Below, in pieces: positions 41,629 to 53,600 of a stretch of 64,000 nt of DNA; within the stretch, counting starts at the first letter, position 1; each line of letters starts with the position of its first letter. The stretch spans positions 20,336,001-20,400,000 of the forward strand of contig NW_025963857.1 of NCBI RefSeq assembly GCF_023055435.1, read 5' to 3'. The notes below the pieces were generated by a model. It searched no databases. It was given only the letters and a program-made list of their open reading frames with translations, and was not told the DNA's origin. Both the position numbers and the translations under genes were made by a program. This DNA comes from Haliotis rufescens (taxonomy: Eukaryota).

Positions 41629-44600
41629 GATACATATACAGAAAAAAACATATGCCTTGATGCTGCCATGAAAACATTTGACAACTTCCATCCTAGGTGT
41701 GCCCCGTATTCAAACATCCCTGCATACTGTACACTGGTTGTCGACCCGACAGAACCCTGCTGCAAGAAGCCAAGTTGCCAAAACCCATTGTCGCTCCAGA
41801 CATCACCCCCCGTCCCTGGGGTCAGTCCCACCCCCAACACCAACATCAACACTCCTCTTCCTCTGCGTAAGTATCATTGATCAACATACACAGCCATCGT
41901 GCAACCTTACAACTGTACTTATTACCCTTGATCGAACTGTGAGCATGATTTTAATCACAGTAGTTATCGCTAGTTGTCACCAAACCGTGAATATACCGAA
42001 TATACCCTGATATATATACATTGTATACTTCACTTGATTACTCAGTCACCCGTGAAAGTATAGGCCGATATGTGATGGTTTGGTGACGCATGCTTATTTT
42101 AAGTCAAATAATGAAATTATCTCGAAGACTGTCCAGCCCTACTCTGTCTGTGTGCTGTTGTCTGATATTGGAACAATGTGTTGCGTTGATGGTCATAAGG
42201 CTGTTGCAAACGTCTCACGAGACATATAGCCGTTTGTGGGATGTTTACTCATTGGTCAAAACACTCGCTAGTTTCCCTCTCGCTGGAACCAGGCCGTGGG
42301 TTGATTGGTTAACTTCAACGAATACACTGTAAAACGGCCCTATGTATTCAATGGCGATGGGGGAATTTAGTATATTCAGACCCGTGATGTATTGACGATG
42401 TGATAAAATGATATCTCGCTACAAATGAGAAAAGGAAATACTATTTTATGGGTATATACCCTAGCAGCTTGTGTAACATAACATTACTATATCTGTTTCA
42501 CCAGGGAATATTACTTTCATTGATTGGTTGGTTGGTCTGTTGTTTTACGCCGCACTCAGCAATATTCCAGCTATATGACGGCGGTCTGTAAATAATCGAG
42601 TCTGAACCAGACAATCCAGTGATCAATGTCATGAGCATCGATCGACGCAATTGGGATCGATGACATGCATGAACCAAGTAACCAGACCTACATGACTTAT
42701 TCTCGAACATGAGTGAGTGAGTGAGTGAGTTTGGATTTACGCCGCTTTTAGCAATATTCCAGCAATATCACGGCGGGGGACACCAGAAATGGGCTTCACA
42801 CATTGTACCCATGTCGGGATTCGAACCCGGGTCTTCGGCGTGACGAGCGAACGCTTTAACCACTAGGCTCCCCGACCGCCCTCTCGAACATGATCACAAG
42901 GAGAGAGTTCCTACATTATATTTATCAGCATGTTGTTCTTTTACAATAGCATCTTGTGTATACAAGAATCAGCAGTATTTCGAGGGCCAGGAGTGGTATG
43001 ACGGGTGTGACAAGAAGTGTGTGTGTGAGGACGCCAAGACCAACTACTACAGATGCAGCTCCAGGTAGGGTTACTGGTGTTACTGGTGAAAAATCTAAAA
43101 GTGTCTTAGGCAACGTTACGTTCATATAGCATAAACAATATAATTGTATGCCATTCATACTGTCATTCGGATATCATTATTATTGTTCTTGCTTTGAAGA
43201 AATATGCGTGTCTTGCAAGTATTTTTTTTTCCAAAAGGAAAGGTTTTATGATTTTCATCTTAATTCCCAGGTGTGCAAGTTTCGGAAAGGTGCCCCCACA
43301 GTGCCGTTTGGTAGCAGACCCCAAGGACCCTCAATGTTGTCAAGTTCCACAGTGTCTCCCTACCCCCGGGCCTAATGGCTACCTTACCCCAGGGCCAGGC
43401 GTATCTCCCACACCTGCCAACATTCCCACTGGCGTCGTGACGGGAGTCGCTCCAACACCGACCCCAGGACCTGGCGGACAGACGCCACCTCCACGACGTA
43501 AGATACCACGATACACACGATGTCAACATTTCATTTAAATGTATACTCACCGACAAAAGAAACGCGAATACCATCCTATGTTGGTTAATATACGAAGAAT
43601 TACTCATGTTCAAGAGATATTAGATTGGTTCGACGAACATACTGGTATGTTGGGTAAATCGACGCTCATGAAATCATCATATGTGACGTCATAGTCCGAT
43701 GACTCGAAATGCACCATTTGTCTCCCGTGTAAGATTTGAAATCACGTGCAGTCTATTGTGATTGTTACTTTTGTCATTAAGTGGTACAGATTGGAAACAT
43801 CTTTTCTTAACGTACATATTTCTCTATATGTTTCTACTGTTCGCGTTTCTTTTGTGTAAACATATGCATCACCGCACGGGTGTTCATGGGTTTCATCACT
43901 TCGGGATTTTCATCTAACTGATGGGACTGAAATACAGTATAAAGCGGCGTTTAATCTAACTCACTTACCCACCCACATTAATAACATAAATCACAACATC
44001 ATTTAGACTCGGTAAAGCCTGTGTTTGTAGAGTAGACAATTAGTCCCATTGGCGGATCTTATTAAAAGATTCATTGATATTGCTGGAGTATTGCCCTGCC
44101 AGCCAGAACCCCGACTGACTGACAGCCTCTGTTGCAGACTCCTGTGTATACAAGGGACGAGACTACCGCCAGGGAGAGAGGTGGCAAGATGGCTGCAAGT
44201 ACAACTGTATATGTGAGGACGAAACCACAGGCAAATACAAGTGTGATGAGAGGTGAGGCAGAATGAATAAGTGTTCAGTTTGTTAATATATCATGTCCTT
44301 GAACTTTAAAAAAATGCAAAGAATACTTGGGTCTTGGGTTCGAATCTCAAATACCATGATCTGTCTGCACACTTACTGTGGTCGTGGGTCTAACGAAGTT
44401 GTAAACGTCTAAGATAAACGTCTATATATCAGCTTCAGCTTTTACTCAAGTAGTAAAATAATTGCAACTGCGAACCCTTTACCACTTAATCCACTATCGT
44501 TGTTCTTACAGGCACGGGCATCCATGGTCTGGTAGCCCGTGCCTCACCTCTGGCATATCGCATGATAATTGAAATATATACTAACTCCGTAAATTAAACT

Positions 44601-47600
44601 GCTGGGCAAAAAAAGTATACACTTTCAAATTGGATTTGACAAAAGAATTACAAAAGTTATCAAAACGTTACTAGGCTGGAAAAAAGTCGCTGAAAAACTG
44701 CAAACTTTAGGTCCGAAACACAACTATGATACCCATGTCAAATACATCACCATCGAATAAACATTTATTGTTTGTATAATCTTTAGCCATCATCAAACAT
44801 GGGTGTATACATTCGTTTTCTCCATCACTTATGTACCTGTTTGAAGTTAACATGGAACTGTTACCGTGATGTGTTATCTAAGGGGTAATGACTTGTTTCC
44901 CACAGGTGCGCCTCCTACCCCTTCGTGCCACCCCAGTGCACCCTGCAGAGGGATCTCACCGACATCTGCTGCCACAAGCTAGCCTGTGACTTCTCCAAGC
45001 CCACAATAAACCCCAACGTCAGCCCTCTGCCCAATGGGACGCCAGTGCCCACGCCGAGTGAGTGTCCTGTGTTTCATCACTTGTTGGTTATAGTGTCCTA
45101 GTTTCACAAAACTTCCAGGGGATACACCAATCCAGACAGCAGAAACCGGATGGGGTGGGTGGGGTTGGTTTAGTTTGGCTTTTGTGGTAATCATATAGGT
45201 GTAATCATATAGCGACACACGGAACCCCCTCAACTAGAGTAGATGGTAGACCCAGGGTGGCTCCTATAGTGTGATACACACACGGAAGCCCGGGGACTCG
45301 ACTAGTGTAGATGGTAGACCCAGGGTGGCTCCTATAGTGTGATACACACACGGAAGCCCGGGGACTCGACTAGTGTAGATGGTAGACCCAGGGTGGCTCC
45401 TATAGTGTGATACACTCACGGAAGCCCGGGGACTCGACTAGTGTAGATGGTAGACCCAGGGTGGCTCCTATAGTGTGATACACACACGGAAGCCCGGGGA
45501 CTCGACTAGTGTAGATGGTAGACCCAGGGTGGCTCCTATAGTGTGATACACACACGAAAGCCCGGGGACTCGACTAGTGTAGATGGTAAACCTAGGGTGG
45601 CTTAAGATATTAGTGTGAGTATAAATGGATTAGAAAGAAACCACTGATGAACACAGCAGAGGCAATGACTGAAATGTACCCTCAACTTTCTAAATCAAAT
45701 CATGAAAAGCACAGGTCAAACATTCCTGTCAAACTTGACTGCCTGTCTATAGTGCCATGTATTCCCTCCCCCAGAATTCTGCGTCTACAAGGGCGTGGTC
45801 TACAATCAGAACCAGGTGTGGACCGAGGGTTGCGACAGGAAGTGTAGGTGCGACGACGCTGACACCAACTTCTACAACTGCTATGACAGGTGAGCTACCG
45901 ACAGTTTGTTAAACAGCAAATGTTTGTTGTATTGTACAAGCAGCAATAAATGAACAATTGCGGTAGACTGACATAGGAATTACTTCCTTTTTGTCTACTA
46001 GACTACTCTGGACACAGCTATTTTCTACAAGGTATATTAATGACATAAGAATTCCTGGTCCCGGTAATCTGTTAATCCGGATCATTTCAGTTGGAACGTC
46101 ATAATCCTTATTAATGAAGTTTTTATCTTTACTTCAATCCATTTCAATTTCAGATGTCCATCTTACAACAACCCACCCCCAGGCTGCACTCTGATCGTTG
46201 ACCCCAAGGATCCCTGTTGCAAAGTACCACAGTGCTTCGTGGTCCCAACCCTCGCCCCAGGAGCTACCCCTAACCCCAACCCTGGCCAGAACCCAACCCC
46301 TAACCCCTACCCTCTCCCAACAGCTGTTCCCGGGACTATCACAGGGCAATCGCCTAACCACAACCCGCTAGAGAAGATTGGTATGTTAACATATATAGCT
46401 TTCCTTTGTAATAGGTAGTCGAGCGGTTTGCCATAAAGGCTTCACTTGTTACGCCCCATGATCCTTTACAATTCCCTGACTGACAGTATGGAGATATAAA
46501 CTAAGGACAAGATATGATAAGGCCCCTTTTGGCCCACGGGGTATGTATAACTTAGGAAAAGAGGAAACTCTTCATATATTTGAAAATCGTTGTGAAAGTT
46601 ATCAGATGTATTCACATGAGACAGAGTTAGACTTTGTTCATTTGAATATTTGCACGTTTTGGATTTATTCCAACACTTAATGTAGAGGTAATGCTAAAAT
46701 GTGCCGAAAATGGTGCTTTATAGAAGTTTTCAAAAAACGTTTTTTTTATATAATTTTGACCCAAGCTGATGTTTGGAGATGTGAATGAAAACAGTTCATG
46801 TTTACCGTAAAATACGTATCTTGGATCCCGAAGTGGCTCATACTTACATTGTTTCTTGAATTTTGAAAATTCCTTTTAGCCCTACTTATGTATTTAATCG
46901 TGTACTAATCTGTCAAGAAAGACGAAAGTCACTGCAACATTGATGATGAGTTTCATAGAAACATTTCAAAATTGTACAGGACTTCAAAATTTGACATTCT
47001 GGACCAAATGATTTGTTTATGTCACACTAACCCCCGTTTGTGTTCGCAGGGTACTGTGTGTACAAGGGCGTTAAGTACACCCAGGGCCAGACCTGGCAGG
47101 ATGGCTGCGGCATGAACTGCGAGTGTCTTGACGACAGTACCGGCCAGTACAAGTGTACCGAGAGGTGGGTTCAGCATGAGATTGGTGTTGTTTGATTTCT
47201 TCAATTACTGTGTTTCGTTATTGTCATAAATTCTGGTTTTATTCTTCTTATAGTACCTTCATACATCCTTACCGTAAATAATAAATAAACGTGCAGTTCA
47301 TAAATATGTACCGAAATATTGTCGTTAGTCCGGTAGGTATGGGTAGGCGCTTTTAGAACAGGCATGTACCATATAACATCCGTGATTTGTTCAGATTTGA
47401 AAGAACCCCAGAATACACCAATCAAAACATAAGGCGAAATTAAGTTAAGCTGGGGCATAATGATAAGTTATGATGATCACATGTCTATGTTAAACTTTGA
47501 GAGTTACGACCGTTTAAAACTAAGGTCGCTTTGCGTAAAGAGGCCCAGTAGTTTAAGAGGCATATGTCCAGCCTAATAATATTTCTAAGCTTATATGATG

Positions 47601-50600
47601 GAATACTTCTGAACAATGCTTCCTTAGATGTGCCAGAGACTTATGATCGTGGGTGCGAATCTCGATTCATCCTGATTATGATTCTAGGTTTGTCAGCACT
47701 ATACCCGCACTCGTGGGTTTCACCAAAGTGGTAAACGTCTAAGACATGCATCACTTTAGGCTATCCTCCCACATCATGCTGACACACCAAGTCATGACTG
47801 AAATACTGATCAAAGGGGCGTTAGACCAAACTCACTCACACATTCTTTCAGGTGCCCCAACTACGTGAACATCCCTAGCTACTGCATCCTGGTGCAGGAC
47901 CCCCGAGACAACTGCTGCAAGACCCCCACCTGCCCCGGGCTCAACCCCAACCCCAGCAACGTCTCCCCAAGCCCCGGCTCACACATTACCCCCACCCCCG
48001 GGACACCCAAAATTAAAGGTAAGCAGACACGTAATTATATTTGAGTGACTTCGCCGCCACATAGCACTCTTTACCGTATTGGGTGAAGAATTCTAGCCTC
48101 ACATGACACGGTCATGTTTTATGAATAATTATACATTTTGTGAAGAATAATGTTTGGTTTTGCTAACAGCAACGCCGTTTTGCAATACTGTGTATATGGT
48201 GTTATTTGTCAAATTAAACATACAAGACAACACACGGAGTTTCTTGGCGTGTAGAATATATATTATTTTTAGATCGTTTATCAATACTAAACTCGTTGCT
48301 GTTACCCCACACCAACACTTTGACATATGAATCAGATGGAGAACAGTGGTCTGTACCTTCGACACTACGGAACGGATTTTGGTAAAAGAGGATTCTTGCC
48401 GTAAAAGGCGACTATGCTTGTCGTAAGAGGCGACTAACGGGATCGGGTTGCGAGGCTCGCTGACTTGGTTGATGCATGGCATCGTATCCCAATTGCGTCG
48501 ACCGATGCTCATGATGCCAATCACTGGCTTGTCTGGTCTAGACTCGACTATTTACAGACCGCCGTCATTTAGCTGGAATGTTGTTGAGTGCGGCGTTAAA
48601 CAGCAAACAAACAAACAACGGTATATACAGTATAGGAGTTGTGTTACAAGTATTATTGATGGACCCTGTTGTGTGTGTGACGTGTGGTATTGGCTGTTAC
48701 AGATGTGTGTGTGTACAATGGACGCTCCTACACACAAGGCCAGGAGTGGTATGACGGCTGTGAGAAGAAGTGTGTGTGTGAGGACGGCATGACGGGCTTC
48801 GTCAGGTGTACCGACAGGTAAGTTATCACTAAATCTACTGGGGCGTTTTCTTTATGGCAAGTTAACAGGGGAATAGTTAGAGGTATACAGCTGCATTGAC
48901 ATCTGAGGTTATACAGCTGTAGTGACATGTACATTTTTGCGGTTTTAGTGACATGGAAATTTATACGAACATTATATTCATAGTGTGCACCCTGTGTATG
49001 TCAATAAAGTGTAGTGTAGTGTAGTGTAGTGTAGTGTAGTGTAGTGTAGTGTAGTGTAGTGTAGTGTAGTGTAGTGTAGTGTAGTGTAGTGTAGTGATAG
49101 ACCTGTGAAGATCCGGGGTAGAATAGGTCTTCAGCAACCCATGCTTGCCGTAAAAGGCGTCGTAAGAGGCGACTGACGGGATCGGGTGGTCAGGCTCGCT
49201 GACTTGGTAAAGCATGTCATCAATCCCAATTGCGTGGATCGATGCTCATGATGTCAATCACTGGATTGTCTGGTCAAGACTCGATTATTTACAGACCGCC
49301 GTCATATAGCTGGAATATTGCTGAGTGCGGCGTTAAACAACAAACCAACCAACCAACCTGATGATAACATCAATTGCAATGCCTATCTTATTTAACATTC
49401 TGAATCAAGGTGCGCCAAGTTCAACTCCATCGCCCCCAACTGTGTAATGGTGCCTGACGCCAAGGACCCCACGTGCTGTTTGGCGCCACAGTGTGACCAG
49501 ACCAACAAGACTGTCCCCACTGGGGTCATCGGTCACATCACTGGGTACGGTCTACCCCCTACCCCCCAGCCAATGGTCAGCCCCGCCCCAGGAGTTAGCA
49601 CACCAGCCCCCGTGGTCACACTCACGCCCCCATTCAAAGGTGAGAGTTTCTAACAGTTTGTACATTCCAATGAAGATTCAATGCATACTTTGATTAAAGG
49701 TCACAACACGTTTCTTCCTCGTCTCGCTATGTTCGGATTAAAAATACGCCCAATTGAGATCCTTGTTCTCTCAACACCTTATATGTGCTGATGGTTTTCT
49801 CACAATCGCTTTGAACTTTCATTTAATATTATCACGTCTAGCGAAAGCATTTCAAAGTGGCGTTTTCTTCAATTCATTTACACTAAATATATACTCAGTT
49901 AAGGCATAAACATCTAACGTAACTGATGAGATATTATATTTGACAGTGCAGACCAGATTGATTTGTTAATAAAATATCGAGACTTCCTACAACATGTATC
50001 ATTCTTTTGCAAAAGTGTATTTGTATCGAGAAATGTAGAATACCGGTCCAGCGATCAGCGGCGAATAAGAGCGGTCTGAATCACAATGAATTGAAAGGGT
50101 CTGTTTTGTTCTCAGATGTGTGTGTCTACAAGGGCACGCCCTACAAACAGGGTCAGAGGTGGCAAGACGGATGCGACTACACCTGTGTTTGTGAAGATGG
50201 TACCACTGGCAAATACGACTGCACTGACATGTAAGCTATTGCATATGCGCACTATTTAAAACGAAAACTTTCATTTATGTTTACAGGTTGATGGATCAGA
50301 AAAAAAAACATGATTCACAACTATTTTATTTCTATTTGGCACTTTACTTGTTTGACACTTTTTGTTTGTTGTTTGTTGGTTAACGCAGCCCTAATGGTTA
50401 TTCCATCTGTATCACGGTGGTCTGTAAGTAGAACCAGACAATCCAGTGATTGACATCATGAGCATCGATCTACGCAATTTGGATATGATGACATGCAACA
50501 ATCATTGGATTGTCTGGCTCGATTATTTACATACCGCCGTCATATAGCTGAGTGCGGCGTTAAACAACAAACAAACAGAACAAATATTGTATCATATAAT

Positions 50601-53600
50601 CACTCTATTGTCCATCTGTCCAGCTGTCCGCGCTACCCGAACATGCCTTACTACTGCACCATGGCATACGACCCCACCAACCCCTGCTGTCAGAAACCCG
50701 AGTGCCACGTTCCCAGCCCCTCCAAGACACCAAATGTCAGCCCCTTGCCTGGCGCCACCCAGGCTCCCACTGCAAGTAAGACTTTACAGAGGATATAGTG
50801 AACCGACACCATTAAAGGAGGTCAAGGCTCGGGAAATTGGCAGTTCCTGCAAATTTGATTCAAGTCTTTACGTTTTATGATGCATCATATTGAAACGGTT
50901 AATAATTACCGTTATCACCTGAAGACTGTGTCTTAGGTTCCCACAGGAACTAATTGCAATGTCAAGCCGAAACTGAAAATGAGCAACGAACCCCATTCAG
51001 CAACGTCCCTCTTTAAAGCAGATGTTTCTAAAGGAAATATGCAATTGAAATCTATTGAAGTTCTAATAACGTATTTAAAGCTACAAATACATTTCGATAA
51101 TCATAAGAAGTGTCCATTGTATAATTCCGACTCTATCATAAGCACGTATCTGTGAATCACAATCAAATAGTGATGAAAGCATGCTTGGTTTATAATCTCT
51201 CTGTTATACAAGAAACCCTGTCTGCTCGTTTCCTTACCACTACCTCGCACTACGCTTGTAATTGCAGACTTCTGTGCCTACAACGGTATCCCGTACAGAC
51301 AGGGGCAGAGTTGGCCAGTGGGATGCGACAAGGTGTGTCGTTGTGAGGACGCCATGGCCAACACCATCAACTGCGATGACAGGTATCTGTGTAAAGATAA
51401 ACCCATTCTCTCTTTTGTCATCCGAAAACTATTATAATGACCCATTTGTAAATGTATGCAAAGGTATCGTTTTTGATAAGTCTAGTACTATCATATATGT
51501 TCGATTCTGCATTTATTTTTCAGTAACATTAGGGGTGACCGTTTGGTGTTCTGGGGCGTGGGGCCTGGGCTTAAAAAGGAAATGCTGAAAATAAATTGGA
51601 CTTTGGTTTTACCAAAAAACTTTATTCGCTGGATGTCATAAAAAAAACATTGATCGGCTGCTCTCTTCAGGGAGAAAGTGTATGTCTTAATACAGTGACC
51701 GAAAACACTTTCTGTTTCTGAGGGGATCCCAAGCCTCCCTTGAATATTTAATGTCGATGCCTTAGAACAAGATTGATCAATTACTCAAGATGAAAATGAT
51801 AAGTAGATATAATAATAAGTATATAAAGCATAATTCTAATTGTACAGCAGTTGAAATGTCAAGTTTCTTTTTAAAATGGCAATATGCCTACTGTCAGTGA
51901 GACAACAAAGATTCACACAGTAACACTCCTGTCATGTCCTCTAGGTGCGCGAGCTACCCTCAGACCCCGTCTGACTGCGTGTTGATCACTGATCCCTCCG
52001 ACAAGTGCTGCCAGGTACCAAGCTGTGGTAACAGCCCCAACACCAACAACCCCTCCCACACCATCACCGGCGTCCCCGGCACCATCACCGGACAGATGCT
52101 ACCCCCAGACATCCCATTACCACTCGGCAAAAGTAAGACTGAACCTACAGATACCTGTATTGGTATAAATATACTTGCTGAAGCCAAGGACTTGCTAAAA
52201 GATTTACATGAAGATTAATTAAATTGGAACTGAGGAGATAATTATATAAATAAAGCGCCAAAACCCTTTCCATATCCAACAGAAATCTCTGCGAGTCGAT
52301 AGTACGATTCCGACTCTATCATGAGTATGTGTTTATGAATCACAACCAAATAGTGAAAATACCAGGTTTTTACGAAAAAGTGAGCGTATCCTGACCTACA
52401 GGTGGCACCCTTCACGAACACATGCAAAGGCAATTAATTAACAAATCCGTGGAAGTTGTCGTGGCCGACAAACGAAATGTCAGGCTTGTCATAAGATGAA
52501 GATTTTACTCGCAAAATTTGTCCAATATCATTTCATAATCTACACATGAGTTAACATGTTGCCACAGATATATATCTATTTTACAATCTTGAAAGTTATT
52601 AAAGGTTATTGATGTAACAAAAAGAATACGTCCGGATTAATAAATCTTGACAGTGTTAACACGACCCGCTCTCCACCCGTGTGGAGCCCACAATCCCATT
52701 GCCATTGGCTCATATGCATCTGTCTCAAGCATTCAATGGTGAAATGGATTCAATAGCATACTATACTTGAAATGGAAATAAGTTGTCATCTTGATAAAAT
52801 GATGACCCAGTTGGATTTCGGTGACTTATGGGTTTTTCCTATCAGTTACACCAAGGCTGCTGAACATGCACATGTGATTGTATCGTCATTTGACCAATAA
52901 TACCCGTTATCGCCTTCACTACGTATACCAACAAGCGTGCTCTACTCACAGGTGTATGCGTGTACAATGGCAAGAGCTATCACCAGGGAGAGAAGTGGGA
53001 GGACGGCTGTACCTACGACTGTGAATGTATTGACAGTGCAGATGGCAAATATAGGTGTACTGAAAAGTAAGTACTTTTTGACAATTGGCAAATCAAGTGT
53101 TTGGTTCATATTTGGATCTTACATGGGTGTCACACATTGTACCCATGTGTGGAATCGAACCCGGGCCTTTGGCGGGGCGAGGGTTCGATTCCAAATATGG
53201 GTACAGTGTGTGAAACCCATCGCCGTGATATTGCTGGAATATAACGTAAAACCATACTCATTCACACATTTGAACAATTCGCACCAACGTGTATGTGTTT
53301 CCTATGTTGCAGGTGCCCGGCGTTTCCCCAGGTGCCCTCCTACTGCACCATGATGCAGGACTCCAGGGACAAATGCTGCGAGGTTCCCTACTGCCCAACA
53401 CTTGTACCCCCAATGAACACGCTGTACCCCACACCATACCCGATTGGTTACACGCTGTACCCAGGCGCCACTCCATACCCAGGTCCATCTAAGTACCCAA
53501 TAGGGTTTACACCATCTCCAGGGGCAACACCGTACCTCGGACCTACTCCTTATCCAATTGGATACACTCCCTACCCAGGTGCAACTCCTTACCCAGGGCC

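Noticed and set aside
2190-49930. CTGATGA motifs (e.g. 2190, 24357, 49923) as hammerhead ribozyme cores
   Set aside because: No stem II followed by GAAA and no closing helices could be found by eye.
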